This document shows, piece after piece, positions 12,966 to 26,048 of a stretch of DNA of 64,000 bases (positions are counted from its first letter, which is position 1; each line of letters begins with the position of its first letter). The position numbers were made by a program, and so were the translations under genes. The notes below the pieces were generated by a model. That model made no database searches. It had not been told where the DNA came from and saw only the letters and a list, made by a program, of their open reading frames with translations. The stretch is from Callorhinchus milii (taxonomy: Eukaryota): positions 32,180,001 through 32,244,000 of the forward strand of contig NW_024704742.1 of the NCBI RefSeq assembly GCF_018977255.1, given 5' to 3'.

Positions 12966-15900
12966 CAACAACATTACATTTGTATAACGCTTTTCACGCA
13001 GGGAGGACGTTCCAAGGCACTGACTGGACAGTATGCAGCATTTCAGACAACCGGGATAGTGGGAAGAAGAGATTCAATTGAGGAATTTAAGATTATAATG
13101 GGTGGGGAAAATTTGGATTCAGATCAGATGAATCATCAGACCTCCTCAAAATAAAAGATACAAAAGTGAATAAGAAATGCAAAAGATTGTTTTCTATAAA
13201 GTAACAGGACACAAGATATGTGGAATAATGTACCAGTATAGGGGTAGCTGACTAAGGAACAACAAAGGGTTTAAAAAAGGAAGTAGACAGGTTCCTGAGA
13301 ACTGAAAGGTTTGAGGGATATTAGAATTAGGTATGTGAAACAAATTATCTCCACCAGGGCTGGAAAGAGTCTGAAAAAGGAACTAGACATGTTCCCGTCA
13401 TTGAGAAGGATACAGAGCTTTGAATTTAGAGATAAATACATCAAAGGGAATAACAAGCTGGGTGTATGGTTAGCTTCTACCTGAAACTGTTACTAAATGT
13501 AAATATGAAGAACCAACCTTCTAAGTGCACTGGGGATGTAAGCTTGTTGCTCCACTTCTGCCTGACATTGCATAATGAGACATCTTCCAATTTACTGCAA
13601 CTATTCACCCACAAAATATTTACTTCAATTTACTTTACAGTATATTCTGTGTTTTGAGAAGTGTCAATGACATAAAGTGCTCTATCAAATGCAAGGATTA
13701 TTATTATTCAGTTTGGTATGGACATGTTTTAGATTGGTGATGGGTCTCCATGGGCCAGACACCCAGCTGAATAAAAAAATCCACATATTGGTTAAACAAT
13801 AAGTCAATTACTTTGCAAGACTGGGATGAGAGCAGTATTAAAATGCTAACCAAGTCTCGCTTAGATGAAGAATATAAGTTCAAATAAATATTTAACATGT
13901 GCAAATGATTTGCAAACTTTGGATTCCATTTGGAAAAGCCATCAATCAACAGCAATTTAAAAATGCATATGACAGTTCATTTCTTTGAGCTCTTAAGTAC
14001 ATCAATAGTCAATGGCATAGAAATGTAACTTTGCATTTCACTGGAACATTAGTTAATTAACAACTGTCCCCGAAGGATTGGGTAATTTTGAAATCCTGAA
14101 TGTGTAATAACTAAAGCAAGTTCAATAAATGGCAATTTAGTGTAGTTATACAAACTTACTTCCTCCCCTCCCCCACATGTGTATTTTTATCCTGTTTGCT
14201 TCTTTTCTATCTCTGTCTCTCTCCCTAAGTTGGTGTCTCAGGAGATTTTACTCACAGAGCTCTAACTTGGGTCACAGAAAATGCAGTCTTGCAATACATT
14301 ACTATGCATATCTGTCTGTGTGTGTATGCGTTGCTCCATCCTCACAAAGAAACACTGGCACCATCAACAGAACCTGAAACTGTGTGCTTTCTGATGAGGC
14401 TTCTTAGTGAGTGTCCCAGCTTACAGTATAATGTACAACATCAATGAGGCGTCAATCCATGACTGTTTATGGGGCGCTGCTGTGCGCAATGGTCTGCTGC
14501 GTTTCATCCACAAATTAGTCAATTCATTTTACAGTATATTCTGTGAAACACTTTGAGACGGCTCAATGAAGTGATAATGCACGGATTATTATTATTACTA
14601 TTAAGGCAGGTTTTGAAGGCATGGAGGGAGGGGTGAAGATGGGAACCTACAAGACAGAAGTTATAATAAAAAAATTAAAATCCTTGCATTTGGTATAGCG
14701 GCATCAGGATGCCCCAAAGCACTTCTTGGGATATACTGTAAAGTACAACAACTTGTGGGTGAATATAGGAAGTGAAATTTTTAGCAGCCTTAAAATGCAT
14801 CAAACTTCCACTTTCAGGTGGGAAAACAGAACGCTATGGGTTCTTGGAGACTGCATGCTTTTAATCAGTCTCTTCACGTATTTCGTAGTTAAGAAACAGG
14901 AATTAGAATATTTACACACTAACTCGAATGATGTGCTGAGACCTTCTTCCAGATATTTGCTATTTGAGCTCAGAGTTTTGCAGCAAATCCAGTATGTACA
15001 AAACAACAACTTTATATATGCATTTACACGGCAGCCTTCAAGTATATATTCTTGCAGTGCGTTACAATGACAGGGTTGGACGGTGAGCGAGGGAAGGGGA
15101 AAGGGAGAGGTGACCACAAGCACGGTCGAGGAAACATATTTTACAGTGGAACTTTAAGAGAGATAAAGACGGAGGACATGAGGCAGGGGAGAGGGGTATA
15201 TCTAGCAAGGGAGTCCTGGAGGTTAGGGGGCATAGAATCTAAAACCATGGCCATTCAGCAAGTCTGAGGTAGCCTAACGGAGGGGGAGGGTAGTGGAGTG
15301 GGGAATGAGGAGATCAGAGAAACAGGGAAATAAAACTTTAGACAGCATTTCCTAGTAATCAATAAACCAACTGAGCTCTCATAACTACTGAAAGTTATCA
15401 CAATCAGTTCCAGGCAGTTCCAGGCACTGGCAAGCTACGACTGGCACGAACACGGAAGGAACCGTAGCATGAAAACTGCTGTACAACTATAGATGTTACA
15501 TTTCGGCAACAGGACACTTGTCTGGTTGAAAGAACTGGAGTGTCCCCGTCGCCTACTATGGCAAAAGGTAACTGAGACAGCAGGTTCCAGGCACAGTTTC
15601 TACTTTGCTTGTGGTTCAGGGTTGACCTTGGAACCAACTCTATTTCTGCTGGACCACGGCTCCGTGGAGTTATGTGTCCTCACAACAATGACAACCATCA
15701 CGTCGTCACCAAACCCAGCTGCCAACCTGGAGGTCCTGCACATTGGTTAGTCCTCTCCCCAAAACCACTGGCGAAGCTCAAAAAACAACTGGAGAGGTCC
15801 CGGGCAATCAGGAAATCTCACGTGTCTTAAGATAAACTTAGGGAGAAGGAAGAAAGGCCCACCACATTCTACACGTTACAACCTTCCCAACCCTTCCTAG

Positions 15901-15983
15901 CACTTGAAATAATTAGCAGCTTGCGGTCAGTAAGTCTCAGACAGGTACAGCTGAAAACAAGAGTGAAACCTCAATGGTTTTTA

Positions 15984-16214
15984 CAGGATTGTCCAACTGG
16001 CAGCCCGCAGGCTGATTTCATTTGCCCCCACCCCACTCCCTTCATTTCATCTGACCCCCCATTCCCTCCAGTTCATCTGGCCCCCCCATTCCCTACATAA
16101 ACCGTACACGTTATGTTAATAGAAGGGAGACACAAAAATATTACTTATGTGGCCCGAAGATGTTTCTCAAACAGAGCATCCGGCCTTCAGCAAATAGAAG
16201 GTTGGACCAAACTT
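15984..16214. mobile_element. Possible hAT-type MITE relic
   Basis: Imperfect TIRs CAGGATTGTCCAAC / GTTGGACCAAACTT with subterminal GGCCC-like motifs. No clear 8-bp TSD. Confidence 0.4.
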
Positions 16215-16353
16215 TTAAGACACCAAATAAACCACACCATGGATGTTTGTGTTGTCATTCACTGGCAATCAATAAATGTACCTGTACTTTGCACAGATTT
16301 GATAATACATTCTTTATACATTTATCAGTAATAGATTTTTTCAAAAGCTCTAC

Positions 16354-16405
16354 CTTTTCCAAAGCTTCTCGGTCAGTAATATCTTGCACTGCCAATAGTT
16401 TGATG
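16354..16405 (-). CDS. EEPD1: EEPD1 coding exon, 52 nt: (G)IKLLAVQDITDREALEK
   Basis: Acceptor ctgtttcttttccag and donor AAG|gtagag. Its first base completes the phase-2 codon left by the previous exon. Matches human SIKLLAVQELLDREALEK. Too short for the ORF track. Confidence 0.95.
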
Positions 16406-17364
16406 CTGGAAAAGAAACAGAAGGTACATCAGTGAACGCCCACCATTTCTGCAACCACATACACACATACACACGTGCACACACTTTGCAGCAAGCTGAA
16501 CAAAGAGCAGTCAGACACTACAAATTAAACCTGGAAAGGAGGACCATTGGGAAAATTTAAAATGATTTTTTTTAAACAAACAGATACTGGAATGATACTC
16601 ACAGTGGTACAAATGTCAAGGCTATATTGGGTAACGTAGGGTAACAAAGTGCTGGTGGCTCAAACAATTGTTTATCTATTACATTTCTGACCAAATTCTT
16701 TCTTTCTGTTTTCACTTGACTCCAACAAAGGCTTATAAGGACTATTTCACGCTTCATGACTTCATGGTAAATTTAGATGCCACGTGTGTCATGAAGAATA
16801 CAGGATATATTCCACTTTCTTACGCTGCTCTATAAGTACAGGTGACTTGGCTAATTGCTCCCCATCCCTCAGCGGATTGAGTTCAAGATATGTGTTCTCA
16901 CCTTAAATCCTTCCACGGTCGCTCCGTGCCTACCTCTATAACCTCCTCAAACCAGCTTGCTTGATGTCCCCACTCTACCCGCCCCACCAAGAAGTCCTTT
17001 TAGCTCATTTGATAACTTCCCAGAATACACGCCCTACTGTTTCCCAATTGCAGGATTAAGCAGCTCTTTAAAATGGGTCCAGTTTCCTGGCATTCCTGCT
17101 AATCTTCTTTCAATTCAATCATCTCTGTATAAAGAAATATTGGACACTTTGGCAACAACAACAACAACAAAATTACATTTATATAGCGCCTTTCACGTCG
17201 GGAGGACGTCCCAAGGCGTTGGCCTACAGTGATGCTCATTGATTGGCATACTGTGTAAAGAGTGAAAACACTGCAAAAGCACCATCAAATCATCTGCCTA
17301 ACTTACACGTTTATTCATGGGTTTATAGGGAAGTGATTTCTACAACTAGTGCAAACCGTGGAAT

Positions 17365-17540
17365 AAAACAGAAATGGCCTGGCATTGACTTCAAGCTTTT
17401 CTGTCAGTATCTGAAAGAGGTTATTTCACTCCGAATTCTTCATCAGAACTTAATGTTTCTGATGAAAGGAACGGCATGAAACATTAACCTGTTTTCACTC
17501 TTCAGTGCTGGCTGACCTGCTGTGGATTTTGAGTATTCTA
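17365..17540. mobile_element. Probable Penelope-like inverted terminal relic with decayed hammerhead cores
   Basis: Central inversion TTCATCAGAA (17439-17448) / TTCTGATGAA (17457-17466). CTGATGA..GAAACATTAACCTGTT..GCTGACCTGCTG resembles recalled shark PLE ends. Confidence 0.55.
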
Positions 17541-19186
17541 AGCTTTGGTGCAAAGTACGGATCAATCAAATAAAAAAAACTGAAACCACAATCATAACAG
17601 GAAATGATTTCATAACTTGAAAATTAAAGATATTAAGAGAGGCTCTAATTTTCTCCTTCTGCGACAAAACAATCCACCGATGCGGGCCACCAACCTCATT
17701 AGCTACAGTTACTATGAGCCCAGAGAGTTAACAAGACCAATGAACCATGGGGAGCCTCAACACCGTGCATATCCCAGCAAAAGATTGTGATCTGGAGCAG
17801 AAAAGCAAGCTGCTCCTTATTTTCCCCGTCCTCAGCCCAGAGGCAGGAGAAATTTAACCTGCATCACCCCAACTTAGCAACGACCGGGCACACACCAAAG
17901 ATCAGCACTTTCAGATGGTTTAATTTTACTCCGTGTTCCTCTTTGCTCAAGTGCTGGAGCACTAATAATGGATCCCAGAAGATAATCACATTTATTTAGC
18001 TTTGCAGAGCCAGCTGGCAGGGCTGACATTCATTACTGGCTCCTTTTGCACACAGTTGACTCAAGCAATTTTGAGCCAGTCTTAAATATTTATTTAATTC
18101 AATTTGGTGAATGCATAAACTAATGCAAACTCCGCTCTGGCAATTGAACCTGTGCTGTTTGTTTTTGCAGAAGATACGTCAGTGTATCAAGTGGAGGTAC
18201 GATTTATTTCAATTTAACATCTTGGAACTAGATGTTGGTTCTGGCGACCACAGCAAAACAAATAGGGGAAAATGTTTACAGTTACTGCATTTTCCACAAA
18301 CTGCTGCTAAGTAATTTTCTTTAATATTAATAATCCTTGCATTAAAGCAATGTTTTAATAGCTAAAGGACATATGTAGTACATCAGATTATGTCCGGTGC
18401 CTTCATCGAAAGGAGCTTTGTATCTGAAGCCTCTTTTTTGAAGTCCCTTATGGCTTTGACAAAGGAGCACCATTGTAACCTTAAGTGTCTACTACCTTGA
18501 GAATTCCTCCTGAAGTGAAAGGCACTACGTAAATGCAATTTGTTGTTGTTTCACTCTGGTTTCTGTAGCCTGTAACATTATGTTTTCCCCACTACCTTGA
18601 CACAAAGCTGCTTCTCCTTCATACAACTCATTCTCAAAATGCTTTATGGTCACCTTAGGCTCTGTAATTGCACCTCATTTTCCAGAGACTTCTATCCCAT
18701 TAATAATGAAATAACGTTGTTACTTTGCTCCTGAAGTAGCTAAACCTTTTGCAGAAAGTCTCACTGCACAGTTATATTTCACAAGGTTGTCACAGAGATG
18801 TCATCCTTCCTAGAGCGCACTGGCATTAAGCAGACATACACTTTGTTACAGCTTTCAGCGGTCTCTCAGTGCAATCAGCATAGTTAACTTGGCAGAGGAT
18901 TATGTTTATAAAGTATGGAAAAAAATATGCTCAATTGACTTGTTGGGATTTTCTTGTTCTAACAAACCATGTACAATCGGCGGCAACAAGGACATATTCC
19001 AATTCATTCTTCAAGACGTTTAGGCAAACAGTGATCACATATCCTAACATTGCAAGTCTAAAATGTATTACAGTGGGCAGGAATGAGGTTAGAAATCCCA
19101 CTGACAAGCACAAATTGTGCTCCGCAAGTAGATTGAATCTGAATGAAGTGCACCATACTTCCATTTACTGGAAGGAGGCCCTGTTT

Positions 19187-19557
19187 ATAATAATAATAAT
19201 CCTTGTATTTGATATAGTGCCTTATCCCGTCTTCTAGACATCTCAAAGCGTTTCACAGAATATACTGTGAAGTGAATTGACTATGTTTTGTGGGTAAAAT
19301 GCGGCAGCCAATTGCGAACAGCAGTGTCCCACAAGCAGTTGTGGATTTAGTGACCAAATTATTATTATTATTATTTTTGAAGGGATTATAATCCCTGGAA
19401 AAGCAATCCGCCAAACACTTAACAAACCAGTTCCTACTTACTGCTAGGTAAACAGAGCCGTGTGAAGCAAGGAAACTTACCCAACGTTTCACTCACCCCA
19501 GGAATCAAACCCAGGTCCTCTTGCTTGCAAGGTGACTGCTCTAACCACTAAGCTACA
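19187..19557 (-). mobile_element. tRNA-derived SINE, long subfamily with an extra internal segment
   Basis: Head and tail as above, plus an internal CTCTGTTTACCTAGCAGTAAGTAGGAAC segment absent from the short subfamily. Confidence 0.88.
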
Positions 19558-20529
19558 GTACTGTTTGAATGTAATTTGTTATTGTTGTTGCACTCCGTAA
19601 CATTATATTTTTTCCATCGCCTTGAGACAAAGCTGTTTCTCCTTCATAAAACCCATTCTGAAAATGCATTTATGGTCGTTCAAAATCACACATTTTAAAC
19701 CCCATATTCCCAGAAAAACAGAACTGTGCCAATTTTGTACTTGTTTCATTGAGGATTGAAGAGTGCATCTCATCTCATCAGGGACCTTGTGGGCGCAGAA
19801 TGCTTTGAACATGATAATGTTTCGAATGGGTTTAAGTTCCCCTCTAACATAGAATACAGGATAACATACACGACCAAGGCAAGTGAGTTTGTACAAAAAT
19901 ATAACTGCACAGCAGGAATAAAATTAACAGAAAAAAACTTAAGTTAACTGAAGAGAATATTATCTGTGGTGCAGATTATAGAAGAACTGAAACAATCTCA
20001 ATTCATCAGTAACTTTTAACTCAGTTGCAATTTTCCAAGAAAGGCAAGTTGTATTCTTAGGATTATTTTCCTCACCTGGTATCCAAAGGAACAAGAAAAA
20101 TAAAACTTAGGATCATACAAGTAAGAGTCACTTCCCTCCACTCCCGCTGTTTTGTCAAAATCTAACGTAGCACTCTGGTCAGATTTCAAGTAGACACAGT
20201 TTAGTTAGCTCTGAGAAGATTTCAAGTTCAGCAACATACAGAGAAAATTATCGAGCCATCAGTTTCACCATACAAGGAAGAAGAATTTTGCTTTGAGTCT
20301 ATCAAAAAATACCAGAAAATTTAATTAGTTTCTCTACACATCAGTTCCAAAATGGTAAAGGATAGTGGTGGAGCTGAGCATAGATTCTCTTAGATCCTCT
20401 GCTTAGGTTCTCAATTAATTGGGGGTGGGGGTGGGGAGGGTGAAAGAAAAAGGACCTAAAGTCAGTGAATCACCTCCCCGTCAAAGGGTAAATTCAAGCA
20501 TATTGCAGAACCTTAGAAGTAAGATTACC

Positions 20530-21558
20530 GAATAAAAAAAGACATGAGGATAAAGTGGACATGGCATGCATATATTATGCAAATAAAACACAGTCTACAT
20601 CTATGGGTATGGAAAACAAAGTTTTAAAGTTTGCAGGTGACACAAAACTTGGAAACGTAGTAAACAGTGAAGAGAATACTGCAGGAGGACATATACAGTA
20701 ATAAAATGGGCAGAAACATGGCAGATGGAATTTAATTAAGAGAAGTGTGAAGTGATGCATTTTTGGAGGAGGAATGAAGAGAGGCAATATAAATAATCAT
20801 AATATAATAATATTGGATTAATGGAACAATTTTAAAGTGGGTGCAGGAGCAGGGAGACCTGGGGGTCCACATACACAAATGTTTGAAGATGGCAGGACAA
20901 GGCGACAAAGTTGTTAGAAAAACATATGGTATCATTGGCTTTGTAATGAGAGGCATACAGTGTAAAAGCAAGTTATATAAAAGGAAGTTATGTTAAACCT
21001 TTACAAATCGCTGGTTAGGTCTCAGCTGGAGTATTGTGTCAAATTCTGGGCACCACACTATAGGAAGTATGTTAGGAGCCTGGAGAGAGTGCAGAGAAGA
21101 TTTACCAGAATTATGTCAGGGATGACGTACTATAATTATGTGGAGAGACTAGAGAGGCTCGGATTATTCTCCTCACAGCAGAGAATGTTGAGGGGACATT
21201 TAATAGAGGTGTTGAAAATTATGTGGGGTTTTGATAGAGTAGATAGGGAGAAACTGTTTCCTTTGACGGGTGGGTTGGTAACCAGAGGACACAGATTTAA
21301 GATAATTGGTAAAAGAACCAGAGGGGAGACATGGAGATTTATTTTTACCCAGAGAGTTGTTACGGTTTGGAATGCACTGCCTGAAACGGTGGTGGAAGCA
21401 GATTCATATTAGCTTTCAAAAAGGAATTGGATAGGTACTAAAAAAGGAAAAATTTGCAGAGCAGCGGAGTGGGACTAATTGGTAGTTCTTTCAAAGAGCT
21501 GGCACAGGCACAATTGACTGAATGGCCTCCTTTTGTGCTGTAAAGTTCTATGATTCTA
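20530..21558 (+). mobile_element. 5'-truncated CR1 LINE: RT C-terminus and 3' UTR
   Basis: KFAGDTKLG (degenerate FADD), LYKSLVRSQLEYCVKFWAPHY..LERVQRRFTR..TRGHRFKI..WNALPE, and a TTCTATGATTCTA tail. Confidence 0.93.
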
Positions 21559-24004
21559 AGTGAAAGGCACTATATCAAATGCAAGGATTATTTATTATTA
21601 TTCTATGACCGACTACAAGGCCAGAATTACAAGACATGGGTTTAAAATGAACAGGCTTCAAGTGGTATCTAGACTTCAGAAGAAATGTTTCTTCCTCCAC
21701 CTCCTCACCACCACAGAAAAATGGTTATATGGTGGGAATACGTAGTCAAAGTTTTAAGAGGAATAGCTGATGTTTATTGGTTGAACTGGATAAGTATCTG
21801 CTTTGCAACAGCACTGGAAGACACGGGTACAGATAAACTTGAGAAAATGCACTGCAGGACACAATATTTTCATGTCTCTGGTGTTTGGAAGGGGGGAGGC
21901 GAAGGGATGGAAAAAGAGCAGTCTTTGAAGGGAAGCGAGACAGGAATTAAATCATAGAGATTGTTGGATGGAGGCATATTCTGGAGGTTTGCCTTCATGA
22001 TCTCTGGAGAGGAACAATTCATAATTTGAGATTTCATTTTACTTTTCTGAAACTATAATATATAGTGTGAACTCGAGGTTTATAAGACAACAACAATCTC
22101 CCTGGAGCAGAGAAGTTTCTATTCATTACCAAATAAACGGTTCCTCATTCTTTCTCCCTGGACGTTGGCACAATCCAACAACTGACTCAGTCCGAGAAGA
22201 AAAGTATTTTTAAAACAATTACTACTTGCAAGTTCTGTTTCTGGGCAACTGTTTTACAGGGATTACATTACATTCAATTCACACTCTGACACCAATACAC
22301 CAAGCAATCAATTCACGCCTAAGCACCTCACTACCTCTCCGACCTGCTTACACCCCACTCCACTAATCCCTTTCCGCATACTCCCTCTGGCCTTCTTCAT
22401 GCCTCTTGTCCCTTCCAGTCCACCACCTGCGGCTATGCTTTCAGTCACTATGGAACTATCTGCCTCAATCGCTCCACCTTACTCCGTCCTTGCCCAACTT
22501 CAGATTATATCTGAAGACCTTCCTCTGAATGCCTACAGTCACTTCCCCTCTCTCCCCAGCTGGGTGTCAAAGCCCACCATTGTTAAATATTCTGAGATTC
22601 CACCTGCCTGAAGAGTGCTATATAAATGCAAATTATTGTTGTGTTGTTACATAGTCACCAGAATTCTATTTAAATGGAAAGCCATGTGTAGTGGATCAGA
22701 TGTTGAAAGCAGTCTCATTGGAAACGTATCAATTCTAAGACAAACAGAAAGGTCTTGTATATGAACAGATAGTACAGTATGCTCAAGAAAGTGGTGTCAG
22801 CATTGGTGAGATCAGATGGACAGACAACCCTGGCATCTGAATTTATGATCATTTGGTTCGAGTATAAACACCTTTGTGATACAATGCTCAAGAGAGATGT
22901 TGGAAGTCTGAACATGATGATTGATGGAATGTTATTCTGACATTAGCTGGTCTGCACCAAGTACACCTTGTGTAAAGCAGTTACTGCACAACCCATTAGG
23001 TTTCCTTTGCAATAAGCATTCTCTCAGTCTTCTCACTTAGATTTGCAATGTCTGCATTCAAAATTCTCCAACACCGAACACATCTCAATAATGGAAACTT
23101 GGTCATGGTGGTGGTGGTGGGGGTAGAAAGAGAGAAAGAGAAGGGTGAAATTAAAAACAATACAGCACAAGGTTATAAATCTGTTCTGTACACCCCAAGT
23201 GTAACAACTGTTCTGATTAAACTTGAACTCTGATGTGTGATGGTAGTATCTGAACAGGAAAAACATTCTCCTGGCATGACTTCAAACTGCAGTCTTTAAG
23301 ATTTTAATGGGAGGTTTAAAAGCTAAGCCCTCAGCATTACTGCATCAGACAAGTCTGAAAACACCTTTAACAATTGACCAACTGCTGCAGCTGACCGTAC
23401 ACAAAATTAGAGGATAAAGCATTGAAAATGGGGGTGATAGCATGCTCACAATGGTGAAATCTGACCACACCTCATGCCATCAACTTTGCTGTGGCTGCAA
23501 AATAATTAAGTAGTGGAATGAGTATTATTAAAGGGAATTTATGGCTTTGTGTCAGGATATTAGTATAGGGATGGCATGGCTTAAAGTGGGCCCACAGATG
23601 ACCTGTTTTACCCTGAGCCACAGTAGAAAGGAAGTCTAGCAAACATGGTCAATTTAATTGGGGTTGTGGGGAGAGAAGCCAAGTACAAAACCATCGGGTA
23701 CAAAAGGAAATGTGCCAGCCAGTCTTGTAAGATACAGGGGCATGAGGAAAGAACGGGTAGAAAGGATTGCTCTTAAAAGAGCCATACAGACAGAATGAGC
23801 CGAATGACCTCTATCTGTGCGATAAATTTCCACGTAAAGTGCAACTACATTAAAGCGCCAGCTGGCCGGACCACGCATTAAAAAGTGTTTACCTTCAATG
23901 TCTGAGAGCACACTCATTTTACAGATAATTGGGTAAATAGTTCAAAAGAAGCTACCAAAAGTAAAACATTAATGTAAACTACATAAATAGAATAGAAAAT
24001 TATA

Positions 24005-24281
24005 ATAAATAATAATAATCCTTGCATTTGATATAGTGCCTTCCCACGTCGTTGAGACGTCTGAAAGCGCTTCACGGAATATACTGTAAAGTGAATTGAC
24101 TGTATATTTTGTCAGCGAAAGGCGGCAGCCAATTGCGCACAGCAGTGTCCCACAAATAGTCATGGATTGAGTAACCAAATTTTGTTTTTCTTTTATAATT
24201 TTTGAAGGGAACATTACCCCCGGAAAAGTGATCCACCAATCGACTAACAACCGGGTTGCTACTTACTGCTGGGTAAACAGA
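24005..24281 (-). mobile_element. SINE, long subfamily, 5'-truncated
   Basis: Consensus match with an (AAT)n tail. Confidence 0.8.
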
Positions 24282-25632
24282 GATTAGAGAAAATAGAATA
24301 GAATAGCTGTTGTTTTGGTGTTTCAATGTTTTTCCGGTTAACCTTATTCTTCTCTTGACAGCCCCTCCTCCCAACAAAGCTGATTTCAGTTTGCAGCACA
24401 GGCTCTCCCATCTTCAGTGTTGATACAAATAAAACAGTTCACTTGTTATTCAGCAGAATAGGAACAGCATTTTGACCTTTAACAATGTTCACTTATAATG
24501 GCAACTCATGTCCATAGCACCTTCTGCATTAATAAATAGCTGTACCCGTTGCAGCTACCCTTGTAACCGAAGGATCCGATAGGGAATGTAGATTAACACA
24601 CAGTCATATCATCTTTATCTATAAATATCTGGGAGGACTCCTGTGGGAGGGCTCGTTTTGCGAGGGCTCAGTGGGAGGACTCGGTGCTTTTAAAATGTAA
24701 TTTTGTTGTTGTTGCCACAGCTTAGCTTGGTGTGTGTTCTTTATTTTGTTCCTGCCACTTGGCTACGCGTGCTCTGTGGCACAGGATGCAACTGCGCCAC
24801 ATTGATTCGTCAGCCGGCGCGGCTACCAGGTATAGCTGCAGTGCGTGCGTACATACGTAGGTGCTCTGTGACGCATGATGCCACAGCACCGCATTGACTT
24901 GGCGACCACCAGGTGTAACTGCAGTGAACAACGCAAAACTGAAAATAACTCATAAACGATAGGAGATACCCAAAAACAAATATGCCCATGTCACTCCTAG
25001 TTACAAGACCTTTCCCATGAGGTATAAATCATGTCTCTACATCAATCGGTTATTGGGATCCTTCTTGAAGTGCAGACAGACATTGTCGTTTTATTAGTGT
25101 ATATATGATATATATATACACACATACACACACGAAGATAGATGCAGACTCATCCCCAGCGAATTCATTTGGAATAACTAACATGTTTGTAGAACAGCAA
25201 CCCACAAATTGTATAGCGAAATTAATTTCCACGGTTTCTCACTTCAGTAAACACTAACATACCATTCTGTGGAAAACAAGTGTCATTTTTCTATAATTGG
25301 CTCTATTTCCATATGACCTCCCTAAACAGCAACAATACTGAAGTCAACATCAAACCAGTTATAAACTCTTTGCATTTTCACTCCCATATTTCTAAATATA
25401 TACCAACGGCCTTTCAATCAGCTATGCAACACAAAACTGTGCAACCACAGGATGGCCGATGCTTATTCTTCCGTCACTTCACTTCTTTTATTTCATATTA
25501 ATGTCATCTTTTTCCGTCATTAGCCACCTTTGAAAATATTCTGCATTTGATTCTTATACACGTTGTACAGACCAATTCACTGAAGCCTTGAATTCAGTTT
25601 GCCCACAAAACACACACTCACTCATTTCGAAT

Positions 25633-26048
25633 CCTGTAGTGTATTGGTTAGAGCACTCGCCTGGCAATGAGGACCTGCATTCGATTCCCGGGCAAGGCAA
25701 AACCTTAGGCAAGTTTCCTTACTCCACACGCCTCTGTTTAGCTAGCCTTAAGTAGGAACCAGTAACTTGTCAGTTGACTGGCAGATCGCTTTCCAGGGGG
25801 AATAATCCCTTAATAAAAAAACATTTTGGTCATTTTGTGCGATACTGCTGTGCCCAATTAGTTGATACGTTTCGCCCAAAGAATACACAGTCAATTCACT
25901 TTACAGTATATTCTGTGAAATGCTTTGAGACATCTCAACAACTTGATAACAACAAATTACAATTGCAGAGCGCCTTTCATGTCAGGAGGATGTCCCAAGG
26001 TGCTGGACAGTGCTAAGGCGCTATAGTAAATGCTAGGATTATTATTAT
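25633..26048 (+). mobile_element. tRNA-derived SINE, long subfamily, with an antisense L2-tail insertion at about 25948-26012
   Basis: Head CCTGTAGT..GGTTAGAGCACTCGC, internal segment present, tail split by AACAAATTAC...GTCCCAAGG. Confidence 0.85.
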
